DNA of 64,000 nt from Planctomycetota bacterium (lineage in GTDB: Bacteria; Planctomycetota; JAJSAM01; JAJVHW01), in the NCBI GenBank assembly GCA_965248445.1, contig CBDFJG010000003.1:896001-960000 (forward strand), in the 5' to 3' direction. Positions 29,572-38,827 of this stretch are shown one piece after another. The first letter of the stretch is position 1, and each line of letters starts with the position of its first letter. Below the pieces are notes generated by a model, which worked only from the letters and a program-made list of their open reading frames with translations, ran no database searches and was not told the origin of the DNA. Position numbers and translations under genes: made by a program.

Positions 29572-32500
29572 CTACTGCAACTCCACCGAGATGGCGAGGC
29601 AGTCGACGAACGACCGAGGTGTGTGTTCTGTCTCGACGACGGTGAACTCGTCGGGCTGCTCGCCGGGGTTGACCACTGTCGTGCCGGTCACCGTGTAAGG
29701 CAGGTAGGAAAGCGGGATCAAGAAGTCCACGCGGAACTGCAGGAAGCGGCGATCGCTGATCGAGGTCACGTCCGCGATCGGGGTCCACGGCGTCGCGAGA
29801 AGCGACTGCGGTTTGCCCACGCGCGCCGGATCGCCCGGCGCCGTGCGCGCGAAGATGTCCACCGTCTGACCAGGCGCCGTGAAGACCGACGTGCCTTCGA
29901 TCGGCGCTGTGAGTGGATCGTCGTTGAGAAGGATGTATGTCGGCGTGTCGAGCTCGGAGTTGAACCAGCGCGAGTACGCGATCGACGCGTTCAACTCCAT
30001 CGGGAAGCCCGGGTGTGCCGGGTAGTCGCCGTCTGCCGTCGGCGCAAACACCCCCTCGCTCACGACACCGAGAACACTCGATCCGATGACGGACGCCGCG
30101 CCGTCGGAGTCCTCGAAGCGCACATATCCATCGCCACCGAGACCACCGATGCCGGTGATGACCGCGTTGTCCGCGTTGTTCGGGTGGAGGGAGCCGAGGT
30201 TGTAGATGACGCTGCCCTCGCCGCCCGCCGCCGAGACCGTCGAACCGTTGGTGACGATGATGTTGCCGAGGCACTGGAGCCAGATGGTCCCGCCAGCGCC
30301 GCAGCCGCCCGGAGCGCCCTCACCGAGCGCAACGCCGTCGAAGTTCCCACCGCCGATGCCGCCGCTGCAGTCGATCACGCTGGAGTCCAGACGGATCTCG
30401 GTGCGCGCGACCAAGTGGACGGCACCGCCGCCTCCCGCACCACCGGCACCGCCCGAGTCCTCGGGTCCGACCGTGTCCTCGACCATCGTGAAGACGTTTG
30501 CGTCGTCTTCACCACCGCCGCCACCGCCTCCGGCACCGCCGGTTCCCGGTCCGAGGAACGGTACGCCGGCCGCGTTGATGGGCTGGTCGCCCATGTCGGC
30601 CCGACCGTAGATCGGGCCGCCCTTGCCGCCCTTGATCCCGTCGCCGTCGACCTTACCGGTGTTGTTCTGTCCGCCGGCGCCGTCGCCGCCCTCGGCGGCG
30701 TGGCCGCCACCACCGCCCGCCTCACGCGTGCGGTCGGGGCTCTGATCGGGGAACGGCGTGGGGGGGGTCGTGTTGTTGTCGATGAAGGTCGTGCCCTCTT
30801 GGTCACCGGAGTAGCCGCCGCGACCTGCGCCGCCCGTCATCGGACCGGTCACCAGGTGCCCGGGGAAGCCGTCGTTGGCGTCGAACTTCCCAGGGTCCGC
30901 CTGGGCGTTGCCGAAGCCGTCCAGGATCAGGTCGCCGTTGCCGTCGGTGAGCGCAGAGAACGCTCCATCGCCACCACGGAACCCACCGGGACCCGGAGGT
31001 CCGCCGAGGCCGCCGGTCGGAGGGCCGGCGCCCGGGTCGGCGTTCGTTACGCCATCCGCACCGTCTCCGCCGTTGGCGAAGACCTGCGTGCTGAGCAGAG
31101 AGATCGCGCCGTGTGAGCGCACGACCAGTGGGAAACGCCCGATGACGACCACCGAGCCGAACGACATCTCGACGTTCTGGTACGCGTACTCGACCTGCTT
31201 GCCGAACGTCGCCGTGTCGGCCGGATCGAGGCCCTCGGTCGTGAGGTTCAGGACCTGACCCGCGGAAAGAACCAGGTGAGTGACCGGGAACGTCGCGGGG
31301 TTGTTCAGATCGAACTCGAGGGGGTCCAACGGATCCCTGTGTTCGCCGGTCCCCAGCCCGAGGAAGGGCATGAAGTTGGCGAACAGCTTTCCGGTCGCAT
31401 CCGTGTCGAAGAGCGCGGGCGCCGGCCACAACGCCGTCGTCTGCAGATCGAACGTGTCGACGTCGGTCGGAACGCCCCGGTTGCCGGGCGAGTCGAAGTT
31501 CTCCTTGATCTTGTCGAGCGGGATCGGCCCCTCGCCGACGATGAACGTCGAGCGTGCGTCCGTCTCGAGCGTCGCCTGGCTGCCGTCCGCGAGCGAACCC
31601 AGCGTGCGGACGTTGCCCTTGATGACGAGCTCGTACTCCGACTGCGGATCGAGGTTCGTGGCAGGCGTGACCTCCACTTCGACGATGCCGAGGCGGCGCT
31701 GGTTCAGGAACGTGCCGACCGCCACGGGGACGCTGACAACCGTCTCGGACGCGGTGCCCGGGTTCGTCTTCGTCTTCGTGATCGTGAACGTGGTCGGCCT
31801 GACCGTGCGCGGGTCCAGAGGCTGCGCGAAGCGGACACGGATCGAGAACGTCTTGCGTGCCGGGATCGGGACGTCGCGTGCGTCGTCCGGGTCCTCCCAG
31901 TCCGTCGTTCCGTCCACGAACGCCTCTCCGTTCGGAGGCGTCACATTGACGATCCGCGGCTTCTGCAGCGCGGCGACGCCCGTGCGCGCCTCGTTGCCGA
32001 GGAACAGGCTCGTGCTCGACAGCGACCCGGGGATCGTGGTGAACAGCGTGCTGAAGTCACGTCCCTCGCGCTGCCTGAGGGGGCGGTGCCCCGAGCGGCT
32101 GAGAACCGTGTTCAGGACTCCCGGCTGGAAAGCGGGGATGATCGTCGCGTACGCCCTGCCGATCAGGAGGCCGACGTCTTCGAGAGTCGCCTTGATAGGG
32201 ACATTGGGGACGAACATCACGCGCGTCTTGCTGCGACGGTTGATCAACACTCTGCGGTACTCGCGGCGGCGCAGAACGGAGTCGGCGTCGGGGACGCCCG
32301 TGGCGGCGTTGATCGGGTGGAAGAAGCGCTCGAACTCGCTGTTACCCGTCAGCTGGGCGAACGCCGTGGGGTCGCCCGTCAGCGGATCGGCGATGAAGTC
32401 GAGGTGCGCCTTGTAGAGCACGTCGTCGCCGGACACGCGCTGGCGATACGGCTCGAGCGAGTCGCCGAGAAGCCGCTGCGGCGGGTAGATGCCCGTCACG

Positions 32501-33081
32501 CCCTCGTCGTCGAGACGCGTCCCCGCGCCGTACGACGGGCCGAAGAAGTCGCGCAGGTCGCGGTCGATCTTGCGCAGCCTGCCGAACTTGCCCTTGCGCT
32601 CGAGCTGCTTGATCAGCCGGGCGGCACGGCGCGACGCGTCCGAACGCGGCAGACCCCGAATCAGCTGGTACCACTCCTGGATCGCTTCGGGACGGATCAC
32701 GACGCGCCGCTGCGTGGAGCGGTCGTACATGAACTTGCCGACGATGTACCGGCCCATGGCCTGCTCGCCGTTGTTCACGCCCGTGCGGATCAGGATCGTG
32801 TCCGGACCGACGCTGCTGTCAAGCACGGCCGCGTTGAAGCGGATCGTGATGACCTCGTCGAGCCGGACTCCGGAAACGGCGTCGTGCGTGCTGCCACGCA
32901 CGTAGTTGACCGCGCCCGCGTGGATCTCGGCATCCGGGGAGACCAGCGACAGCCCGGCGAATCCGGCGCCCATCGCGAACGCTCCTGCGCACAGGAACGC
33001 ACCGGCGAGACCGCGTGTGACGCGGACACCCCTGCGCTGCTTGCGACCCCCGTCGACCTGCACTTGCTTCTTCGTAGGCAT
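29572..33081 (-). CDS. Large exported protein with Ig-like (Big_5-type) domains and a Gly-rich region
   Basis: N-terminal hydrophobic segment, F..PLDP.T Ig-like motifs, GGxGG-rich stretch; GGAG SD. Confidence 0.75.
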   Translation of the reverse strand: MPTKKQVQVDGGRKQRRGVRVTRGLAGAFLCAGAFAMGAGFAGLSLVSPDAEIHAGAVNYVRGSTHDAVSGVRLDEVITIRFNAAVLDSSVGPDTILIRTGVNNGEQAMGRYIVGKFMYDRSTQRRVVIRPEAIQEWYQLIRGLPRSDASRRAARLIKQLERKGKFGRLRKIDRDLRDFFGPSYGAGTRLDDEGVTGIYPPQRLLGDSLEPYRQRVSGDDVLYKAHLDFIADPLTGDPTAFAQLTGNSEFERFFHPINAATGVPDADSVLRRREYRRVLINRRSKTRVMFVPNVPIKATLEDVGLLIGRAYATIIPAFQPGVLNTVLSRSGHRPLRQREGRDFSTLFTTIPGSLSSTSLFLGNEARTGVAALQKPRIVNVTPPNGEAFVDGTTDWEDPDDARDVPIPARKTFSIRVRFAQPLDPRTVRPTTFTITKTKTNPGTASETVVSVPVAVGTFLNQRRLGIVEVEVTPATNLDPQSEYELVIKGNVRTLGSLADGSQATLETDARSTFIVGEGPIPLDKIKENFDSPGNRGVPTDVDTFDLQTTALWPAPALFDTDATGKLFANFMPFLGLGTGEHRDPLDPLEFDLNNPATFPVTHLVLSAGQVLNLTTEGLDPADTATFGKQVEYAYQNVEMSFGSVVVIGRFPLVVRSHGAISLLSTQVFANGGDGADGVTNADPGAGPPTGGLGGPPGPGGFRGGDGAFSALTDGNGDLILDGFGNAQADPGKFDANDGFPGHLVTGPMTGGAGRGGYSGDQEGTTFIDNNTTPPTPFPDQSPDRTREAGGGGGHAAEGGDGAGGQNNTGKVDGDGIKGGKGGPIYGRADMGDQPINAAGVPFLGPGTGGAGGGGGGGEDDANVFTMVEDTVGPEDSGGAGGAGGGGAVHLVARTEIRLDSSVIDCSGGIGGGNFDGVALGEGAPGGCGAGGTIWLQCLGNIIVTNGSTVSAAGGEGSVIYNLGSLHPNNADNAVITGIGGLGGDGYVRFEDSDGAASVIGSSVLGVVSEGVFAPTADGDYPAHPGFPMELNASIAYSRWFNSELDTPTYILLNDDPLTAPIEGTSVFTAPGQTVDIFARTAPGDPARVGKPQSLLATPWTPIADVTSISDRRFLQFRVDFLIPLSYLPYTVTGTTVVNPGEQPDEFTVVETEHTPRSFVDCLAISVELQ

Positions 33082-33160
33082 TGTCTCTCCGTGTCCCGGG
33101 TGTGGGCCCGCCAGGCCGTCGAAGCCGTATCCCGCGGAGCGGGACGGCACCCGTCTGAGA

Positions 33161-35176
33161 TCAGAACTGATACGGCACCTGAGTGCTCGAGATGCGAGCA
33201 GTCTGGTTCGTGTTGAGGTTTGCGATCATGGTGATCCGGAAGCGAACGAAGCGGTGTCCGTCGACGTCCGTCACCTGGGTCGTGTAGCCAGTCGCCGTCG
33301 TGACGTCCGCGATGAAGCCGCCCGGGTTGAACGGGTCCGCCTTGCCGTGCGCGCCCTCGAGCTCGAGGACGACCTGCACACCGCCGGACTGGCTGCTCGG
33401 CGACACGATCGGGTTCGCCATGAGCGGGTCGTCCGAGGCCAGCTCGTACCACGCCGAGACGGCGCGCGTCGTGCGGCGGCGCTTCTTGAAGCGCGTGTCG
33501 TACATCACCGGGTCCGTCGCGAAGCTGGCGCTCGGCGAGTTGGCGTCACGCGACACCGCGCGGCGCGTCGGGAACGAGATCCCGGTCGGCACGAAACCGA
33601 TGCGCAGGATCTGACAATTGTTCCCGCCCGGGATGATTGCGTCGAAGACGACGTTGTTGATGCCGTTGAACTCGAACGGAGTGGTGAACGCCGGGTAGTC
33701 CCAGTAGCCCGTGATGAGTCCCGGCGGCATGATGTTGAGTGCCTGCGGCACGTCGTAGTTGCCCTGGTAGACCGTGACCGGGTTACCGAGGTTGACGTTC
33801 GCGCCCCAGTCCGACCCGAGCGCTGCGCTGGTGTGTCCGTACAGCAGTTCGATGTCCGGATACGTCGCCGCGAACAGCGCGTTGGACGACGGTCCCCAAG
33901 CGGTCGCCACGATGGCGCCGGGGTCGCCGATGTCGGCAGGCACGTACAGCATCTGGCAGCGAGAACCGTTCGGCAGCGCGGTGCAGCCTCCACCGCCGCT
34001 GGACGGAATGCTCTCCGCCACGAGGGGCTCGGCGACGCGCGTGCGAACGATCGTCGTGCCGGTGCTCAGACTCGTGGGCTGGAAGTCCACGTTCGGGAAC
34101 GTGATCGCAGCCCCGCCGAGCAGGAAGCCCGCCTCGAGCGTGTTCCACTCGCCGCCCTCGATGATCGTGATCGTGTCCATGTTGTCCTGGTCGTCGAAGC
34201 CCTCGGCCAGGATCGATGAGGACGGCTTGCCCGGGACGTAGCGCGTGCGGAACAACGGGAAGACGACCGGTCGCTTGAGCGAGTTGCCGGCGAGGTCCGT
34301 GATGGCCGTCGTCAGCGTGATCTCGACGTCCCAGCCGGCCAGGTTGACCTCGTCGGAGCCGAAGCCCAGCGACGGGACGAACTGGTACCGCGTGCCGCAA
34401 CGATCGGTCGGGTCCACGCGGATGAAGCCGGGCACCTGCTCACCGATGGCGGTCCGCGTCACGATCACACTGGAACTCGGGTCGAGCGTGGCCGGATCCA
34501 TCGGCTCGCTGAACTCGATGATGACGAGCGCGTCCTCGTCCACGAGTCCGGTCGAGCCGCTGCGCGGCGGACTGAAGCCGAGCTTGCCGGTACCGAAGTC
34601 GCCTACGAACCGCGGCTGGCCGGGGACGGGGTCGTTGTACGTCCCGTTCGAGCGGAACGACCCGGTGAAGCCCTGCTTGATCCGTTCGCGGCGGAGGTTC
34701 TTCAGGACGGCGAGTTCCGGCGGTCCGGGGATCTCGACGGAGTAGTCCTGGAATGCGTCGAAGCCGAGGAAGTTGTCCTTGCACGTGACCGTGGAGTTCT
34801 TCTTCTTCGACTCGTCGAAACTGCGCTGGGTCTGCGTCGGATCGAAGATAACCTTGCGACCCTTGACTCTGAGCGCGCCGATCGCCGGCCGCACGCCAGA
34901 CGGTGTGACGGCGCCGATACGGATCGAGCGGTCGTCAACGGAGTTCTTCTTCGGGTACGCCGAGAACTTGAAGACCAGCCCCTCGTTGCGGCGCACATCG
35001 ATCCGACCGTGCTGGACGAACGACGTCATGAACAGGGGCGCGGAGGCGAACCGGGGATTGAACCGGCGGCGGCGCTTCGCATCGGCCGGCGGTGCGACCA
35101 TCGCGACGACGATCGCCGCGAGTGCCACGCTGACGAGGACGCGTCGCGTCCTAAAGCGCTGATCATGACTTCGCAT
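33161..35176 (-). CDS. Exported Ig-like domain protein, paralogous to the downstream gene
   Basis: Signal peptide ending ADA; FSEPMDPATL and ITDLAGN Ig-like motifs; C-terminal RFVRFR shared with the neighbour (RFLQFR). Confidence 0.75.
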   Translation of the reverse strand: MRSHDQRFRTRRVLVSVALAAIVVAMVAPPADAKRRRRFNPRFASAPLFMTSFVQHGRIDVRRNEGLVFKFSAYPKKNSVDDRSIRIGAVTPSGVRPAIGALRVKGRKVIFDPTQTQRSFDESKKKNSTVTCKDNFLGFDAFQDYSVEIPGPPELAVLKNLRRERIKQGFTGSFRSNGTYNDPVPGQPRFVGDFGTGKLGFSPPRSGSTGLVDEDALVIIEFSEPMDPATLDPSSSVIVTRTAIGEQVPGFIRVDPTDRCGTRYQFVPSLGFGSDEVNLAGWDVEITLTTAITDLAGNSLKRPVVFPLFRTRYVPGKPSSSILAEGFDDQDNMDTITIIEGGEWNTLEAGFLLGGAAITFPNVDFQPTSLSTGTTIVRTRVAEPLVAESIPSSGGGGCTALPNGSRCQMLYVPADIGDPGAIVATAWGPSSNALFAATYPDIELLYGHTSAALGSDWGANVNLGNPVTVYQGNYDVPQALNIMPPGLITGYWDYPAFTTPFEFNGINNVVFDAIIPGGNNCQILRIGFVPTGISFPTRRAVSRDANSPSASFATDPVMYDTRFKKRRRTTRAVSAWYELASDDPLMANPIVSPSSQSGGVQVVLELEGAHGKADPFNPGGFIADVTTATGYTTQVTDVDGHRFVRFRITMIANLNTNQTARISSTQVPYQF

Positions 35177-35424
35177 CACGAGGCTGCTCCTCTCGTTGGT
35201 GCCGACGACGGTGAATTCCGCCTCCGTCCCAACACGACGAGGGTGCGATCCCCTGACGCGTCGCTCGAACGCCCCCACGGGAACGCAACGAACGAAGCGT
35301 CCATACGCTTCACCCTCGCCGCACGGCGGCTCCAGGCGGGATGTTAGGTCGGCCCACCGGACCCGTCCAACGGTTTCTGTCACCCCCCGAGCCCACAACG
35401 GAGCCCGGGCGGCAGCCTGAGTGC

Positions 35425-35439
35425 GCAACCTGCGTGCCG
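35425..35439 (-). promoter_or_regulatory. Putative sigma54 -24/-12 promoter
   Basis: Minus strand CGGCACGCAGGTTGC has GG-N10-GC spacing with GGCACG and TTGC boxes, in intergenic DNA about 250 nt upstream of the first Ig-like gene. Confidence 0.65.
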
Positions 35440-35549
35440 CCTTCGGGATGCCGCCGACCGACGGCCCGCTGGGACGGACCGAGCCTGGGCTCGTCCGCCA
35501 CCGTGCGATACCGCACGCGCGAGCCCGAGCGGTGTCCCGGTTGCCGTCG

Positions 35550-36869
35550 TTACGCGCCGTCCGCGACGTCGTGGGGCCGGCGGCTCGGGACGAAGCCCGC
35601 GGCCAGAGCCTCTCCGCGCGTCCGGAACAGCACCAGGTTCTCGGGGAGCACGCGCTCTGCGTCCGCCGATCCGATCGGGTGGAACCGGCCTGCCTCGCGG
35701 CTCCCGCCGAACTGCGGCCGGGTCCGCCTGCCGCAGTAGAGGCACTCGACGTCAGTGCCCGGCTCGAGCTCGCCGAGGATCAGAAAGTCCGGTCGCACCG
35801 GGTCTCCGGTCCGGGCCGCGACGCATCCGTCGCCGCGGCAGCGCATCCCGCGGCGGCTGCGGTACCGATCCCCGCCCGGCGGCGCCGACGCATCGGAGGC
35901 CTCCGTCGAGACGGGTGTCGCGGCGCACGCAAGCAGCGCCGCGACCGCGCCGCACGAGGCGGTGTGCGCGCGTCCCTCGGGCGGCGCGGCGCCACGGCGA
36001 CGGAACGGGGAGAGGACCAGGCGATCCGGCGCCCCGCCTCCCGCCGACACGAAAAGCACGTCGACGTCCTCTACGTGCCGGCGCGCGCGGCGGATCGAGG
36101 CACCGGGAGGGACGTCGACCTCCTCGAACAGGGGCAACTGCGCCGCTTCCTCGGGAGCCAGCAGCACGGTGTCGACCATGTCGAGGAGCGACCGCATGCT
36201 GCGGGCGGCGAAGCGGTAGGGACGACCGCCGGTGCGGCGGGCCAGCCGCAGGAGCGCATCCTCGGTGAGGTCTCGCCCCTCGGCCGGGACCAGCAGCACC
36301 GTTGCGTGGACTCCGGCGAGCGCCGACAGGAAGGCGCGCGCGCTGCGGCTGCCGCGCAGGTCCCCGCACACGGCGGCGTGCAGTGCCCGCGACGAGCCGC
36401 GCGACGCGTGCTCGGTGAGCGCGGCGGACAGAAGGGAAAGACCGGCCACGGGATCCTCGCCGCCGCCCTCCCCCGCGTTCACGACCGCGCAGCCGGTCAC
36501 CTCGGCGGCCGCCCGTGCGAAACCGGTCCAGGGGTGGCTCACCACCAGGAGGTCAGCCCAGCGGGCGGCCTCACGCACGAAGCCGAGCGGGTCGCTCTCG
36601 CTCGGGGCCAGCACGAGATCGCTCTGTCGCAACACCGTGGCGCCGAGGCGGCCGGCAGCCGCGATCCACGCGGCAGGAGGCAGGGTGACGGGACCGTCCG
36701 TGAGCACGGCCACCACGCGTCCGGCGAGCGGTTGTCCGTCAGCGCCTTCCCCGTGCGCACGCTGCCCGTAGGCACCTGGCGCGTAGGCGCCTGGCCCGGC
36801 GGCGGCGGCGGCCAGTCTCCTGAGCTCGGCCTCGGTCAGATCCAGCAGCGACGAGATGCAGCGCGTCAC
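35550..36869 (-). CDS. Degenerate aspartate carbamoyltransferase-like protein fused to a PyrI-type Zn domain
   Basis: VVNAGEG and CGDLRGSR ATCase fold remnants, but no STRT or HPTQ; C-terminal CRGDGC..CLYC. Confidence 0.65.
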   Translation of the reverse strand: MTRCISSLLDLTEAELRRLAAAAAGPGAYAPGAYGQRAHGEGADGQPLAGRVVAVLTDGPVTLPPAAWIAAAGRLGATVLRQSDLVLAPSESDPLGFVREAARWADLLVVSHPWTGFARAAAEVTGCAVVNAGEGGGEDPVAGLSLLSAALTEHASRGSSRALHAAVCGDLRGSRSARAFLSALAGVHATVLLVPAEGRDLTEDALLRLARRTGGRPYRFAARSMRSLLDMVDTVLLAPEEAAQLPLFEEVDVPPGASIRRARRHVEDVDVLFVSAGGGAPDRLVLSPFRRRGAAPPEGRAHTASCGAVAALLACAATPVSTEASDASAPPGGDRYRSRRGMRCRGDGCVAARTGDPVRPDFLILGELEPGTDVECLYCGRRTRPQFGGSREAGRFHPIGSADAERVLPENLVLFRTRGEALAAGFVPSRRPHDVADGA

Positions 36870-37642
36870 AGCGGAACCTCGAGGTGGAGCCGCCGGGCGC
36901 CGTGGAGCACGGCGTGGGGCGCCAGTTCGCCCGCGCCGGCCAGCAACGGGAGAAGTGTGGGCGCCGCGCCGCCCGTCAACACAAGCGGCGCGTCTCCGAC
37001 AACGCTCCGCGCAGCGCGGACCAATCGATCGACGCTCCCGGCTCCGCCGAGCAGCACTCCGTTGCGCAGTGCATCGTCCGTACCGCGGGCCGGTACCTCG
37101 GGCGGGCCGTCCAGCGCCACCGGCGGAAGATGCGGGGCGGCGTGCCGCAATCCGACCCGCGCAGCACGCACTCCCGCCGCGATGGCGATGGCCACGAAGC
37201 GGCCGTCTGCGTCGATCGCATCGACCGTCGTGCACGTGCCCGCGTCCACGACCACCACCGGGCCGCCGCCGACTGCGTCCTGCGCCCCGTACGCCGCCGC
37301 CAGGCGGTCGACACCCAGTTCGGCCGGATCGTCATAGCTGCCGGCGACCGCTGCCAGCAACTCGTCCCCGAGCACCCGTGGCCGGCCGGGCAGTGCCGCC
37401 AGAACAACCGGCAGGACGGCCGGAGCGGAGCAGACGACGACGATCTCGTCCGCAGCGGCAACGTGTGGGAACGGAACGAGGCCGTCCGCCAGTGGCGCAC
37501 GGCTGCCCGCGTCGCCTGCACCGCCCGCTCCTCCTCCGCCGGCTGGCGCCCCGCCCTCGGTCTCCTCGGTGGCGACGAGGCGGTCGCCGCGGAACGCGCC
37601 GAACTTCACGCGTGTGTTACCGGCGTCGACGACGACGAGCAT
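36866..37642 (-). CDS. coaX: Type III pantothenate kinase
   Basis: VDAGNTRVK, LGVDR, VDAGTCTTVD, LTGG. Confidence 0.9.
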   Translation of the reverse strand: MLVVVDAGNTRVKFGAFRGDRLVATEETEGGAPAGGGGAGGAGDAGSRAPLADGLVPFPHVAAADEIVVVCSAPAVLPVVLAALPGRPRVLGDELLAAVAGSYDDPAELGVDRLAAAYGAQDAVGGGPVVVVDAGTCTTVDAIDADGRFVAIAIAAGVRAARVGLRHAAPHLPPVALDGPPEVPARGTDDALRNGVLLGGAGSVDRLVRAARSVVGDAPLVLTGGAAPTLLPLLAGAGELAPHAVLHGARRLHLEVPL

Positions 37643-37731
37643 CTCCGGATAGTAGCCCGTCGCAGGCCACAGCGAGCGCAACGGGCACGGCGTCAGCCGT
37701 GGGCCCCTACGAGCAGCGACACGACCGCCGC

Positions 37732-38718
37732 TCAGCGCGACGCGAAGCGGTACGTCATCGTGCGCGTCTGGCCGGTCGCGTCCTCGACCACCACCTCGTA
37801 GCGGTCCAGCCCCTTGCCCTCTTCGCGCAGGTAGCGCGCCGCGTCCTCTTCGGAGGTGACCGACGTGCCGTTGATCGACTTGATGACGTCGCCCTTGAAG
37901 AGGCCGCGGCCGCGGGCGACCGGCGTCCCGGCACCGAGCGACGACCGGATCTCGAGACCGACGGGCTTCCCGTCCGCGTCCTTCTTCGTCGCGAAGGACG
38001 CCTTCTCGAACACCTCGCTCTGGCCCCAGCGCTGCCACCAGCGCCACTCCTCGGGCGGAACGGTCCAGTCGTTCGGGTGCTCTCTGTCTGCGATGTACGC
38101 CTGGCGGGTCAGCTTGCCCCGCTCGGGATCCGGCCCGACCGGCGAGTCGGGATCGTCGTCGAGGACCCTTCGGAACGGCATGTCGCCGTCCTTGAACGGC
38201 ATCTCGAGGAGTTCCTCTTCCAGGAGCACCAGGTCCGTGACCGACCGGTCCACGTGCTGGAACGTCGCGACAGCGGCTCCCTCGACCTTGGCCGTCACGC
38301 CCACGAGCTGCCAGTTCTCGATGATCTCACCGACCAGGACGTACTGGATCTTGCCGCCCCTCTCGATGCGCAGGATCGAGTGCACGGTGTCATCGTTGAT
38401 GATCCCGCCGCGGAAGAACGTGCCCTGCTTGAACTTCTCGGCCTCGGTGCGCTTGTCGACCACGACCTCGGGGCCCTTGTCGGGCTTGGGCACCTCGCCG
38501 TCCACCGGCGTCTCCCAGATGTGCCGGAACGAGGCGACGTCTCCGGGCCAGGAGCGCTCGATCCCGCGGACGGGCTTGTCCTCGCCCGGCCAGCTGGCCT
38601 CGATCTTCTGGGCCCGTGCCTGGTACGCGTCCACGAACTGGAGGACGGTCCACGTCACACCGGCGAGAACAACGAGGTTCCCGACCCAACAGAGTGTCTT
38701 GAGTTGGCTGATCCGCAT
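37732..38718 (-). CDS. Membrane-anchored GspC-like protein with C-terminal PDZ-like domain
   Basis: N-terminal TM; VGE.I..W.L HR-like region; GLFKGDVIKSING PDZ motif. Confidence 0.65.
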   Translation of the reverse strand: MRISQLKTLCWVGNLVVLAGVTWTVLQFVDAYQARAQKIEASWPGEDKPVRGIERSWPGDVASFRHIWETPVDGEVPKPDKGPEVVVDKRTEAEKFKQGTFFRGGIINDDTVHSILRIERGGKIQYVLVGEIIENWQLVGVTAKVEGAAVATFQHVDRSVTDLVLLEEELLEMPFKDGDMPFRRVLDDDPDSPVGPDPERGKLTRQAYIADREHPNDWTVPPEEWRWWQRWGQSEVFEKASFATKKDADGKPVGLEIRSSLGAGTPVARGRGLFKGDVIKSINGTSVTSEEDAARYLREEGKGLDRYEVVVEDATGQTRTMTYRFASR

Positions 38719-38827
38719 GGCTGGCTGATGATCCTAACTACGGTCGTCTCAGCCTTGGACGAACCGCAGAGCGCGGTCTTGCAGCGGATTCGCCCAGATC
38801 CGAGCCGACGCAGGGAGGCTTCCGGGC

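Noticed and set aside
30100..31100. Gly-rich region as collagen or a DNA tandem repeat
   Set aside because: Irregular GGxGG runs without sustained Gly-X-Y periodicity or nucleotide-level repeat units.
38780..38796. Second sigma54 promoter upstream of the GspC-like gene
   Set aside because: GG-N10-GC spacing is present but both boxes deviate from consensus (GGGCGA, CTGC); likely chance in GC-rich DNA.
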